Positions 22,060 to 36,138 of a DNA stretch of 64,000 nt are shown here, one piece after another. The translations under genes were made by a program, and so were the position numbers. The stretch is from positions 8,308,001 to 8,372,000 of the forward strand of contig JBHGNT010000007.1 in assembly GCA_043228905.1 (NCBI GenBank), in the 5' to 3' direction. The stretch comes from Azolla caroliniana. Lineage: Eukaryota > Plantae > Polypodiophyta. The notes beneath the pieces are model-generated. The model did no database searches, was not told where the DNA came from, and worked only from the letters and a program-made list of their open reading frames with translations. The first letter of the stretch is position 1. Each line of letters starts with the position of its first letter.

Positions 22060-25000
22060 TGTCATGATTTAGCATGGTATGGCTTCAAAAGGATTTGAAC
22101 CCATGACCTTGTACCACATGGGCAAGAGCCTTACCATTAAGCTATACATTGTAACACAAAAAATATTATTTCGATTTATTATTTCACTTAGGAAATCCAT
22201 GTCTATTCCAGAGTTCTCTAGAAATGTCAAGAGTATACCTAAAGCCACTATAAAAAGAGGCACATGGCATTATCGAGAACCAAATCAGTTCAACTTTAGT
22301 CTTAAGCCTCCTAGCTATCCTTGTATATTCTTTTCACATAATATATCCTTTCCCTCCCTCCTTCTCTCCTTTTCCTCGACTGTTCTACACCCTCTTTTCC
22401 TCTTAGTACTAATCTTCATCTCTTAGTACTAATTCCCTGTCTGTTTCAGTACTATTCCTGACAGTTTGAACCAATTTTCCTTCCTTCTTCTTACTCCTCC
22501 CTCCCTTCATACTAATCCTCTTATCCCTCCTTTCTATAATACTATGGCCACTGTTAGCGCTCAAGAACATCAAACCGGTTTCTCGGAATTGCAATTCTTG
22601 AAAGAGAAGTTTCTTGCATTGGAACAAGAAAATCAACAACTGTTGGGGGGTCTTCAACAAATCTCCTTAGAAAAGCAGCAAACACAACAATAACATGGGG
22701 AACTAGCGTTACGTGTGCAACAACTTGAAGAAACCACTATAGCATTGCAACAAGGACCAAGTACGCAAGAGATTCATAAAGAACCCAAGATCGGCCTTTC
22801 TATGAAATTTGATGGAACGCAATCACAGTTTCGAGGATTCCTTGATCATGTATGATTAGTCATTCAAATGTGCCCTTCTTGATATCCCACTGATGCATCA
22901 CAAGTGGGTCTAGTAGCCACGTTGTTAAGTGGCTCACCTTTGGCATGGGTCACTCCGTTGTTAGAAAAGGAATCTCCATTACTAAACAATTTTGAAGAGT
23001 TTATAAGCGAGTTTAAAGCATGTTTTGGATATACTAATAGCATAAGGACGACAATCAACAAAAGCCATCGTTTATGTCAAGGTGATTGTCCAGCCTCCGC
23101 ATACGCTGCAGATTTCCGTCTACTCGCCTCCGATATCCCTTGGGATGACCAAGCATTAATGGAGCAATTTCATTATGGCCTACATAACAATGTCAAGGAT
23201 TTACTCTTGACTTTCCTCGAAGAACCACAGTCATTTACAGAAGCAATCAGTCACACGGTACGATGTGATAATCGCCTCTTCGAAAGATGTTCGGAAAGTC
23301 AACTCCAAATGTCGAGAACAAGATCGGATCCGACCAACGCTTCAGTTGTAGCAAAGTCATTCCCAAGGGAGTCATTTAGTGTGTCTCCAACAAATACTCC
23401 TACTCTAATGGAAATCGACACCACACGTCGCCGCAGGCCACTATCAGAAGAGGAAAAGCAACGACGATGGGCAAATCAATTATTTCTTTATTGCGGTGGA
23501 CCGGGGCATATTGCAATGAACTGTCCCCATCGGCCAAGAAGACAGGTAAATCAAATAACCACTAGTACTATTAGTACTAAACCTGAGTCTATTTCTCTAA
23601 GCGTGTCTAATAGTCCTAATAGCCTAAGCCTTTCAAACAAATTTGAAATCCTTAGTCAATTAGAAGAAGAGTTAAACAATTAACTCTAGCCAAATAGGAG
23701 TCGTTTGGTTGGACAGCCCTAGATCTGTGCAGCCCATTAGTGGTTCCATTTCCTCTAAGCAAATTAGCAATGTGTTCTTAGCTCAAGTAATGGTTAGTAC
23801 TAAAAGTAATCCTCTAGTACATGTTTTAGCACTCTTAGATTACAGAGCCAACTCCTGCTTCATGGATAGGAATTTTTCCCAAGCTCATTGGATATCCCTA
23901 AGAAAAATTTCTTGCCCAGCATCTATAGTAGTTATTAATGGTCCTTCCATTGCTTCCGGAAAAATTTTAGAAGTGTTAGAGCCAATTCAGGTTGTCCTAG
24001 ATAACTTGGTGTGTGTAGTATCATTTAATATAATTAGTAGTCCAGATCATCCAATTGTCGTGGGGTTACCATGGTTAGAATTACATAACCCAGACATAGA
24101 TTGGAGCACAAGAGAAATCCGGTATCGACAAACCCAAGCATCTACTCATAGGATTGCAACCATTTCGCTACATCAATTGCGTGAGGAAGGACGCAAGGAA
24201 GCAATGTTTGTCTTCGCAGTATCAATAAAACCTTCGAACACCACCAAAGAGGAGTTCACAGTTCAACTTCCAGAGAAGTATCGTCTTTTTGTTGATGTGT
24301 TCGATAAGGTACAAGCCAATACGCTTTCTCACCACCGACCGTATGATAACCTTATTGATTTACAATCAAGAAAAGAGCCACCATGGGGACCGATCTACAA
24401 TTTGTCACCAACTGAGTTAGAAGTCCTTTGAGTCTATATAGAGGAGAATTTGGCAAACGGTTTCATTCGACATTCGAAATCTCTAGCCGACGCACCCATT
24501 TTCTTTGTCAAGAAAAAGGATGGATCACTTCGTCTCGTCGTAGATTATCGTGGCTTGAGTAAGGTCACCATCAGGAATAGGTATGCACTCCCCTTTATCT
24601 CAAGTCTTTTAGAATGGATTAATGGTGCATGGTTCTTCACAAAGATTGACTTACGAGGAGCATATAACCTTGTACGGATCTGACCAAAAGATGAATGGAA
24701 AACCACGTTTCACACCAGATACGGGCACTTCGAGTATATGGTCATGCCATTCGGTCTCACTAACATGTCAACATTCTTTCAGCACATGGCAAATGATATA
24801 TTCCGAGATCTCTTGGATGTTTGTTTGATCATCTATTTGGATGATCTACTGGTTTATTCAAAGACCCAAGAAGAGCATGATTCGCATGTACTATTAATAC
24901 TAAAACGACTTCGAGAACATGGTCTTTATGCAAAACTGGAAAAATGTAGTTTCAAGTGCAACCAAGTGGAATTTCTAGGCTATGTCATCTCCTCGGAAGG

Positions 25001-27831
25001 CATCTCTATGGATCCAACTAAGGTTAAAACTATGGTAGAGTGGAAGTCTCCACGTTCGTTGTGAGATGTGCAATGCTTTTTAGGCTTCCCCAATTTCTCC
25101 CGCAATTTTATACAGGATTACTCAAAGCTTATTCTGCCTCTCACACGGCTTACCAAGAAGGGGTAGTCGTTTGTTTGGTCTAAAGACGCGGACATGGCTT
25201 TTGTGAGTCTTTAGAAGGCATTTACATCAGCTCCTATTCTAGCTCATGTTGAACCGAAAAAACCGTTCATCATTGAGTCCGACGCGTCGGATTTCGCCTT
25301 GGGTAGCATTCTATCACAACAAGGCGATGATGAAAAGCTACATCTTGTGGCTTTCCACTCACGAAAGTTTGACGTCGCCGAAATCAACTACGAAATTCAT
25401 GACAAGGAGCTAATAGCAATAGTGGAATCTTTTGCACAATGGAGGAATTTTCTAGAGGGACCTTCTCATCAAGTCACCGTATTCAGTGATCATAAAAATC
25501 TTGCCTTCTTCCAAAATACTCGTGTATTAAATCGACGTCAATCTCAGTGGGCCCAATTCCTAACTCATTTCGACTTCAAAATTACACATCGCCCTGGGAA
25601 CCTACAAGGAAAGGCAGATGCGTTATCATGGCATTCATATCTACCACCATGTCCCAATGAGCCAGCATTCGATAATCAAAAGCAAGTAATCCTAGGACCG
25701 GCACAACTGCAAGCAACATGGCTTTTCAATACGTCGTTGGATTCCCACATTATCAATAGCAAATGGAAGGACCTAAAGACAGACGTTTTTGCTCAAGTCA
25801 TTCTAGCACAAATTGACCCCTCTCGAGCATCTTGTTCACAATTGCAACAACTAGTACGGACTATCGACAATTTGAACATTATGACGGATTACTATTCTTT
25901 AAGAAACTCTTGTATGTTCCTAATGGTTCTTGTCACCTTCAAGTAGTCTAAAATTGTCATGACACATATACAATTGGGCATTTCGGTGCTACAACATGGC
26001 TTTTCAATACGCCGTTGGATTCCCATATTATCAATAGCAAACGAAAGGACCTAAAGACAAACGTTTTTGCTCAAGTCATTCTAGCACAAATTGACCCCTC
26101 TCGGGCATCTTGTTCACAGTTGCAACAACCAGTACGACTATCGACAATTTGAATGTCATGACGGATTACTATTCTTTAAGAAACTCTTGTATGTTCCTAA
26201 TGGTTCCTGTCGCCTTCAAGTAGTCCAAAATTGTCATGACACATATACATTTGGGCATTTCGGTAGTACTAAAACATTAGATTTAGTACAACGATCATTC
26301 TGGTGGCCCCATATGGCACGATTTTTCGAAGATTATGTTCGGACATGTGATACATGTTGTAGAGCAAAGATGCCAAGATATCATCCATATGGTTTATTGG
26401 AACCATTACCAATTCCAAACAAGCCGTGGCAATCCATTTCCTTAGATTTCAACACAGATCTTCTAATTTCAAAGGGATTCGATGTGATCTTAACAGTAGT
26501 AGATCGATACACGAAGATGACACATTTTCTGCCTTGTATTAAGGAAATCACTAGTGAAGAAACCACCAAAACTATCATGCGAGAGGTATGTCAGCATCAT
26601 GGCCTCCCTGATAGCATCATTAGCGACCGTGGACCCCAATTCGTCTTGAAATTCTGGAAGCATCTCTTCAAAATGCTCAAGGTCACTTGTAATCTCTCCT
26701 CCAACTATCACCCGCAAACAAATGGACAAGTAGAATGAGTGAATCAAACGTTGGAATAGTACCTTCGGTATTTTTTAAGCTATCAACAAGGTGATTGGGC
26801 AGATATTCTCCACTTTGCCAAATTTGCATATAATAACTCTGTCCACTCATCAACTAGGGTTACACCATTCTATGCTTATATGGGCTATCACACCCAGAGG
26901 TGTGTATTCGAAACTCCAGAGTTACCCACAAATCCTTGTGCAAAGGATCGTTTGGAGCGGCTACGCAAGATACATGTGGACTTATCTACTCATTTACAAC
27001 AAGCTCAACAAACACAGAAGGATTATGTGGATCGTCATCGGCTTCCATCCAGATTTAACATTGAAGATTGGTTATGGCCATTAAGACGACACATCCAGAC
27101 TACTCGCCCATGCGATAAATTGGACTATCGACGGTTAGGTCCTTTCCGTATTATCCGAAAAATTAATGATGTCTCTTTCCGTCTCGATCTACCTCCACAA
27201 CTACGGATACATCCGTTTTTCATAGTTCTCTTCTCGAACTGTATCATGACAACACTATTCCGAATCGTATTCCACCACCTCCACCCACGATTGAGCTTGA
27301 AGCAGAACCAGAGTACGAAGTAGCTGTCATCCTCGATTCCAAGATTGTTCGCAACAATCTCTACTATTTAGTCAATTGGCTAGGCTATAGTCCAAGCGAG
27401 CGTACTTGGGAACCAATCGAGAATGTGGTAAATGCTCGAGCTCTTGTTGAGGACGTTCATCGACGATATCCCGACAAGCCAGGTCCTCCATCTAAGACTG
27501 CTCGTAGCACTCATCATCTTAAAGGGGGGGTAGTGTCATGATTTAGCATGGTATGGCTTCAAAAAGATTTGAACCCATGACTTTGTGGCACATGGGTGGA
27601 AGCCTTACCATTAAGCTATACATTGTAACACAAAATATATTCTTTCCATTTATTATTTCTCTTAGGAAATCCATGTATATTCTAGAGTTCTCTGGAACAT
27701 TCTAGAAATGTCAAGAGTATTCCTAAAGCCATTATAAAACAAGGCATAGGGCATTATCGAGAACCAAATCGGTTCAACGATAGTCTTAAGCCTCCTGGCT
27801 ATCCTTGTATATTCTTTTCACATAATATATC
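22060..27831 (+). mobile_element. Ty3/gypsy chromovirus (Tcn1/Tf1-like), degenerate
   Basis: 5' LTR 22060-22463; gag with zinc knuckle (YCGGPGHIAMNC), protease (ALLDYRA), RT (YLDD), RNase H, integrase, chromodomain ~27310-27470 (YEVAVILDSK...YLVNWLGY...TWEP); PPT 27521-27530; 3' LTR from 27534, truncated ~27831. Confidence 0.93.
25714..26270 (+). repeat. 278-bp tandem duplication inside pol
   Basis: CAACATGGCTTTTCAATACG at 25714 and 25992 with colinear downstream sequence. Confidence 0.9.
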
Positions 27832-28083
27832 TTATGTTATCACGTCAACTCCGAAACAAATCGATAGTACCACATGACATTATTAGAGCAGAGTTCAGTC
27901 TGTCCCCGATGTTAGTAGAAGCATTGTTTCATGTGGTAATTTTTATTCATCGGATCCATAGCCAACCACAAGATAGGATATCCCATCGAGCCTTTGAGGC
28001 AGCTCGATCCCTACATGCGTTTGGAGACACTAACGCTTGGTATAACACTGTGGTGAGTTGGTTACTTGCAAACAACGTAGACA

Positions 28084-29240
28084 TTAAGTCACTGCATAGT
28101 GACAAGCATCAGCCCAAAACCTTTTTGACAAGTTTACTTCAAATAGCATAGCTCTAGCTGTCTCTAGTATATGTCTATTTTTCCTTTCTGCAACTCCATT
28201 CATTTCCACAATATGATCATCATCCACAATACAATCTATCAATGCCAAATCATCCACAATTTTCCTAATTTTTCCAACATAATCCATGATTGTCATGTTT
28301 CTATCCATTTTAACATTTTGTAATTGCTCTTTTAGTTGCATTTTTCTAGCCGAAGATACATTCGAAAAAAACTTTTCTAATGTATTCCACATTTCCTTAG
28401 TAGTATTACAATGCTTTATATGTGGAATCAAAGATGATAAAAGAGTTTGAAAGTATTACCATGGCTTGTGCATCCTTTTTATTCCAATCCTTTGCATCCT
28501 CAATAACACCAGATTCTTTTTCCTTTCCCTTTCTATCTTCTTCTTTTATTGTAGGACTAGGTTTATCATTAACAACTATATGCCACAATTCTTCTGCTTT
28601 TAAAAACAACATGACTTTATACTTCCATGATGCATAATTATCTTTAGTCAATTTTTTTAGTTTCGCTACTTGAACAGACATATTGAATGCAAGTACGTAA
28701 GGATCTTAATTAAAAGTGTTTACCAAAAAACCGTTGTTGTTGAAGAGCTTGCGTGTTCATGATAGCTTGATGCTTGACGGCCTTTCGATATTTCGTTGCG
28801 ATAATCGTAGAAGAAATCACTTATTGTTGAGATGTTGATATTGATAGTTGAGATGAGGAAGAAAAGGTTGTACAAAAGTTGGCTATGGTGTTGAGATGTT
28901 GATATTGATGGTTGAGTTTGTGGAGAAGTAATAGAGAAATGATGGGAGAATCTTTGGCAAAGAGAAACGGTTGATTATGGCTCTGATACCATGTTGAGAT
29001 CTAGATATGAGATATCTTCTAAAAATAAGTCTGCTTGAACGGTGGGGGTAAGCACCCTTTATATAAGATGAAGCATGCGAGCATGTTCCCCACATGGCTT
29101 CATGTATGCATGACATTCTATGCATTACATGCTAGTATGTTTATCGTATAATAATAAATTATACATATCATTATTATAAGTTCTATAATATATAAAGTAA
29201 AGGTACAAGGTTCAAATCCCAATGTGCTTGATCCTCAACA
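28084..29240 (-). mobile_element. Ty1/copia 5' fragment (LTR, tRNA-iMet PBS, gag joined by deletion to integrase)
   Basis: LTR 28992-29240; PBS reverse complement GCTCTGATACCA 28980-28991; KLTKDNYASWK; NGVAERKNRHILETARAML. Confidence 0.88.
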
Positions 29241-30125
29241 ACTAATTATCTACATTCAGTCGTAGTCATAGCTAATTAGGTAATTAGCTATATCAAGTAT
29301 TGGCTAGACCTAATTAGCTATATAAGTTATTGATGACATTTAATAAGCTACATAAGCTAGTGCTCATAGCTAATTAGCTACAGGTCTGTAATCTGGTAGG
29401 GGTCAGAGCTAATTTGATATAGGTAGTGGCTATAGCTCTGTTGCCTGTAAGAGTGTACGGGACGGTATAAGGGTAAAACACGTTAAAGGAGTTGTTGTAT
29501 TTGTGTAATGTATAAGAATGTAAGTAAGGATAAATATGTGTGTGAACAAGTGCACAATTACGTGCATGTGACTAGAATGTAATGGTCTTCTTTTTGTAAC
29601 GATCATATTATGTAACCATTACATTATGTACTATATAAACCCCTTATGGAGCATGTAATGGATATAGAACTTTTCCCTCTCATTTGTGTGTCATTCATTG
29701 TTTCTCTCTCCCTCACTCGCAACCCCCTTGGGAGGAGGGTGGAGTCATTCATGGCTTCACCCCCCACCCATAAACAAGCTCATTAGCATCATCTAGTAGT
29801 GTCCATATCTAATATCTACATCAACTAGCGACCTTAGCTCATTCACGACATCAGCTAATGGCATTAGCTAATTCACGATATTAGCTAGTGTCCTTAGCTA
29901 ATTAGTGATATCAACTAATGGCATTAGCTAATTAGTGATATCAGCTAGTGACCTTAACTAATAGCAATATCAGTTAATGGTCATAGCAATTTAGCTATAT
30001 CAACTATTGGCCAGAAGCTAAGCTGCTTCAGAATGTGGTCATAACGAATTAGCTATATCCGCAATTAGTCAAAGTTAGTTAGTTATGTCAGCTAGTGGCC
30101 ATAGCTATTTAGCTACATCAACAAT
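29241..30125. repeat. AGCTAATTAGCT-rich degenerate subrepeat array
   Basis: Short palindromic motif recurring every ~30 bp; interrupted by a solo LTR. Confidence 0.7.
29439..29776 (+). mobile_element. Solo LTR
   Basis: TGTT...AACA termini with TSD AGCTC on both sides; shares AACCCCTTGGGAGG..GGTGGAG block with the LTRs of 39347-48561. Confidence 0.85.
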
Positions 30126-30135
30126 CGCGCGCCCA

Positions 30136-30444
30136 TGTTACCCGTGGGACAGGTAGGACTAGGTGTGAAACGAATCAAGGAGGGCCAAGCAGTAGCAGCC
30201 GAACAAAGGGAGTCGAGGATTTAGGAAGAACGGGTGGAAAACGCCGAGCACATGGAATTATATATATCGAGTATTGGAGAACACGAAAGGGAGAGACAAA
30301 AGGAGAGAAAAAAGGGAACTATGCCAAAAATAGAGGGATAGAGAGGGAGAGCTTTATCGAGAGTATCCAGTACTTGTATTTGTGTGTTTACACTTTAATG
30401 GAATATATTATGTGGACAACTTCAGTGTTTTGTCTCTTTATATT

Positions 30445-30486
<42 letters not shown>

Positions 30487-33310
30487 TTCAGCCGAGCATC
30501 GGTTGTAGCCGATCCCAACACATATCCTTCTTATTTTGATGGTCGTAATCCCATCCAAGTGGGGCAGTCTGAATAACAATCACGAGCACTAGGAAGTCAT
30601 ATACCCCGTAACGACTCGGCTAACAATCTCGGTAGGGCTTCGTGACCTCAACTCTCCTTCGCACCACAATACCTTGATCCACTTACTCATGTGGGGTAAT
30701 CGAAGGTGTTTTCTCCAGGAGGGAGTAACACAATTTGGCATGCCCGGTTCACGTTGTGAGTCCATAGCGATCACGCGTAGGAGAAAGACTCGGTCGCCAT
30801 AATGACACCTCCCAGGGGAATACGCACTCGGACAACGTCCCGACGTGCTGAACAGGAAGAGAGCATTGCCGACTCAGTTCTCACGGAACAACCTCTCCAG
30901 GAATCAGATGCCCAGTCGGCCGCAACCCATGATCCAATCTCGACTAGCGAGAGTACTTCTAAAGTCGACCAACCTGACGACAACCCCCTTTCGGTGGTAT
31001 AGGAGGATTCCGACATCGACACCATGCCCTACCCATACCCCCAATACAATGAGGAAGCCGGTGCGGAAACGCATGTCTGTGCTTTCCTTACCACATGGGA
31101 ATCTAACCATGTGTCCTAGCGCTTGGCTGCGGTCGATGCAGAGACATCGAAGATCGCGGAGTTTGGCTTGTCTCTCGACGGGCAAGCAGGGAACTGGTAC
31201 TCCCAACACAACTTGGGGGAGTTTTCATCCTTCCAAGAACTACGGGACCAGTTCATTCGCCTTTTTCATCGGCAGGTTCCTAAGCGAGAACAAATGAGTC
31301 AGTTCTACGCCATCTCTTAGGAACCCCAGGAGACAATTCCTCGATTCACGATTCACTTCCAAAACTTACGATGACAGCTAGCTCGGCAGCTCCCGACAGA
31401 CGATCTGAAGGAGACCTTCCTTACGGCTCTCCACAAGCCCCTCCGAACCATCTTGGCCCTCCTCAACTTTTGTCAACAAACGATTGAGCAAGTCATCGAT
31501 CGCATCCTAACCATGGATAGCGTTCAAAATAGCAACCCTTTTTCAATGGGTTCCTTACAAAGCGCATTGCCAAAAACTAAAGAGGTCCAGTTTTTGCAGG
31601 CCGTACAATGCACAACTTGCTTAAACCCAAGCCACTCGACAATAGAACGATTCACTTCCCGTTGTCACTCCCACACTCACACTCTCGATCACTGTGAGTA
31701 CAATTTGTTGAACTATGGAACGATCAATTCAGACATGAGAATCGCTTTCGGGATGCTGAACGACCTCATTACGAGGACCGCTTCCGGCCAGTCAAGGACG
31801 CCTATGGCAGCTATCGCTATGAATATGACCATAACGAGGAATATGCGCCTTGGTATCCACACGAGCCAAGGACGGAGAGGAGACCTCCGAAATGGCTATA
31901 ATCAGCGCCCCCAAAACATTGGGGCCGAGATGATCCTCAAACGGGCCACCGACACCCCCCTCCTAATGAAGCGCAGCTAGATGAACGCCGATGGGCCCCT
32001 CCATAACACCCTCTACCCCGAGACGAACCTCTCCAACCACCTCCGTCATCTCAAACCGAACTAGGGGAATCTAGCAAATCTGCCCCCTTAATCTGCTATC
32101 AATGTAACACACAGTGTCTGGCCAATGATCGCGGCAAGGCCCTGGCGGTCAACGTCATCAAAGCTTAGGTCCAACAAGTCACAACATGCAGCAAATCTCA
32201 CCAATACCAATGGGATGTGCAGGACAAGATTCGTCAAGCTGCAAAAACCTAGAACGAGAAAGCAAATAGTGTAAACGTTGACCGCATGAACATTGAAATG
32301 CATGATATCACCATCGGCACAACTTCTCCACCGGCCCCCACTGAGCTTTCCAAAAATGATCTGATTTGGCAAGCATTAACCAGTTGCCAAATCTCCATGG
32401 CCCTCAACAAACTTCTGCACCTCCTTCCCCGCTTCCAAGAAACAGTCGTATCCATGACCAGCAGCAAGGAACGCCCGAGCGCGCTGCTACACCTCGTTGA
32501 GTCCAACGAAGGCCCGGTGGTAATGGATGCTTAGAACCCAGCAGTCAAGGTCTTAGTAAAAGGGCAAGAAGCGCGTGGTTGCATCATCGATGGCGGTTCG
32601 GGGGTTAACGTCATCAACAAGGCTACCTGCCAACACCGTGGCATTACGCAATGGGAGGCCTGCCCATTTTGGCTACAGATGGCCGACACCCGTTTCGTGA
32701 GACCCCTTGGCCTCATTCAGCACCTTGAGTTCATCCTCAATGGTCATACCTTTACGATCTCGACTGTCCTATTGCACCTTGAAGCTCCTGGCGCTTACCC
32801 GATGTTGCTTGGGCGATCTTGGTTACGCATGGCCAATATTAAGCAAAACTAGCAACGCAATATGACATCCTTCCGACGAGGGAAAACCAAGATCCGCATA
32901 CCCATCTAAGAACTCCTAACAATGACAAAAGATATCACCCCCCTTTATGTCGAAGGCATCCCCATGCTAGATGGATTGGCCGATAAAGAAGTCGATCATT
33001 AACTTGATGATCACCCCAAGGTAATACCTCTGTTCGATATCGACGTCGTCAAAGCTATTAGCCCATATGTATCATGAACAACAGTTGAGGATCAAGATAC
33101 CTTCCGACAACCTAATCTGATGTCTGTGGATGAACTCTGCCATGCCTGCGAAGCCCTGGAACATGAATTAACGATTTCTCAACAAGTGAAGGCTTCAACA
33201 CTCGAAGAAATCGACCTCAACACAATCGAGGACCCGTGGCCATTAAAAATCACCAAGGAACTCGCGCCAGTAGAGTGCTCAACATTGGTGACCTTGTTAA
33301 AATATTACAA
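30136..33310 (+). mobile_element. Ty3/gypsy non-chromovirus (Tat-like) 5' part: LTR, PBS, gag, protease; truncated
   Basis: LTR 30136-30730 (TGTTAC...GTAACA); PBS TGGCATGCCCGG 30736-30747; gag-like LSLDGQAGNWY...FQELRDQF; protease IIDGGSGVNVI ~32580. Confidence 0.8.
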
Positions 33311-34277
33311 TGAGTTTATTTTCTATCAAATGGGTCGTACACCATCAATTGGAACCGCAATCATTTATTATCACTCGTCCGTCTCGATAAACAGTGCAAT
33401 GCCCTTCTTTACGAGTTTGGATGACTCGTGGCATACAACTTTTGCGGTGCTCAATTTGCATCTTAGTGAGGTCTTCATCTAAATAGATCGGGTCCCCCCA
33501 TAATCCTCAAAGAATCGGCCTCTTCTTAAAAAATGGGATTCTATATTCCAAGTCTTTAAACTAAAGGATTAAGGCTCTCTTCCTAGTTGTGTCACGTCCG
33601 GCCCTCCAAGTTTTGGTGATTGGTAGGGCCTCTGTGTACCCTAACATTCTCCCAAGTGTTTGTTCATCTTCATCTAGCACCTTCCTTGAGTCTAGTGACA
33701 CATACATTTAAGCGTCAGGCGTGACACATTTTCTCTTCTTCAAGCGTAGTGTTATCAATATTTTCATCTTTTATTTCCTTTCTTATGTTTCATTTTACTA
33801 CGTCTACCCAACCTAGTTTAGCTAACTCTATGTCATTTTTAACTTCCTCTTTTACTTTTTTAATCTCTTCCTTTATATCCTCTATGGAGGATATTTCATT
33901 GTCTTCCCTAGATACCTCGAGATCATTAAGTTGTTTTCTTAAGACTGGTATTTTCTACTTTAAGTTTCTCTATTTCGATCTTAAGTGTGACTTTTTCCTC
34001 TTTATCTTTTTTCCTGTGGGATTCGGCTTCTTTCACTCATTTTCTCATATCATTCTCTAATTTACTAAACGATTAAACATATCTAAAAATTCTTCTTTAT
34101 TTATAGCCTCATATTGTATCTCCCGATGTTCTTTATTTCATTTAGACATCAAGTTGGTGTCAATAAGAAAAAAAGATAAAAGAAGAGGGTGGAAGACTTA
34201 GTCGAGCATGTGGACGTCGCATTCACTTTGGCATTTCATCGGTTCGCACTTAACACGTTGTCGTGTGGCACGTGGCG

Positions 34278-34606
34278 CGTGACACACATGCCAAACGTGG
34301 CGATGTGCGTGTCACACAGGCACGGACAAGCACCAGGCCTCTATCCGCTAGTGGTTATGGAGGAGATGAATTGGCCGTTTTAGGTTTATTGTCGAGTTAT
34401 TCTTTGTTATTGATGACGCACCCGAACTAGAATCAGCGATGTGGTGGATTGATGTGTAGGCGGCGGTATTGTGGTGGTGCGCAATGTTTATTGAGCGGCC
34501 AAACGATCTTTGCCGGTGCTATTTCCCTCTTGACAAGAATTCCAAAGATAGAGTGAATGACCACACAAAATGAAATTGTAGTAGCCGAAGTGACGTACTA
34601 ATGTGG

Positions 34607-34662
<56 letters not shown>

Positions 34663-35200
34663 CGGGAATTGAGGAAGCGTTTAAGATAGATAGATAGATG
34701 GATGGAAATTCTAATTCTGGGTTTGAACCCTTCACATCAATGTTGAGAAACAAGACAAGTCACCAATAAGATAAGTAGGTTTTTTAATATTAAGATGTTG
34801 ATTCGATACATAGCTTCATTGATGCATGATTGATCCCCCCTTTTTCCTTCCTTTCTTTATTATATAGATGCCCCCATGCATATGATGCATGTGAGGGTGT
34901 AAGACATGCATACAATGCATGAGATGCATGATTTCCATTTGGTGCTCATGCATCGCATGTGATGCATGATGACCATGTCACTCATTCAAGCTCTCATGTA
35001 GGAGCATTTACATGTGAAAAATACAATGATGAAAGTATAACAAGTAACAACTTAGCCTAATGGTAAGTCAATTGTGTCTTAACTAGGAGGTGCAAGGTTC
35101 AAACCTTACTTGCACCCCTTGGTATGCACGAAAATGTTATTAGGCCTTATGCGTTCTCATTTCATTCATATTATTGTGATTTTCACACCGTTGCCGAAAA
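34278..35200. repeat. ~0.9-kb direct repeat (LTR-like), copy 1
   Basis: Colinear with 62741-63690; includes (GT)n(GA)n microsatellite and A/B-box-like motif 35052-35103. Confidence 0.8.
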
Positions 35201-35305
35201 CCTATCTACCCCCACCAAACCGCACGTCCTTCGGTATGTGCCAAGAAGAGAATGTGAGATTTCGGCTACGGTGATCAATCAATTTCCTCCACATCCTCGT
35301 TGACC

Positions 35306-36138
35306 TCAATCACGTTTGCAGGTTCCGACTTCATTGTAAAGGACCGTTAGCTTGTCTTTTATTGAAGATCTTTTCGCCTTAATGGGTATGGCCAACCTCG
35401 ATCCATCTAGCTCTGCGAGGTGGTAGGTGGCGTTGTCGTTAGCATGTGTCACCTTCTTGTGAACTTTGTTGTCGTTTTGTTGTAGACCAATACCCAACCT
35501 CCTTCGATCTTCTTGGGGTGCAATCGATGCTTCTTGTTGAACCGAATGCAAAACCCGGGTGCTTCTTCTTATTAGCCAATCCTTTTCTTTGAGATGGTAG
35601 ATGGAAACATTGGCAATACAACCTCCTCTATTTAGATGAACATCCCACCATCTTGATGCATCTTTCCCTTCCTTCCCATGGGCAGTCCTCATAATCATTT
35701 CTTTCCGTTCTTCTTCATAAGTAATAACCATCCATTTTACCACAACATCATCTTCTTCGATAACAACCTCAATGTTAATTATACTTACATCATCATTATA
35801 GTCATCCTTTGAGTTGATAACATCTTTAGTCACCGAATTATTTATCACGAGATAACCATCATATTGAATATCATCCACCCTAAACTCATCCTTCCTACAC
35901 ACACTCACTACACCAACATTATCATCATATACATCCCAAACCATCATAACATTTTCTACATTATCCTCAATCTTATCAACCTTAATCTCATCCTTCCCAC
36001 ACATACTCACAACATCAACATCATCATTATACACGTCCCAAATAACATTTTCTAGATTTTCCTTACTTATACCCTTGTGCTCATTAAGTAACCCTACATC
36101 TTTATGGACATATTTTTGTAGAACGTCCTCATCATCAT
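35306..36138 (-). pseudogene. 3' part of a low-complexity ORF ending in a gypsy integrase C-terminal remnant
   Basis: KVTHANDNATYHLAELDGSRLAIPI resembles the post-GPY/F tail of gypsy integrases; continues the ORF at 61209-62696 across the copia insertion. Confidence 0.55.

Noticed and set aside
33590-33726. TGTCACG...CGTGACA segment as a solo LTR or MITE
   Set aside because: No TSD and no second copy in the window
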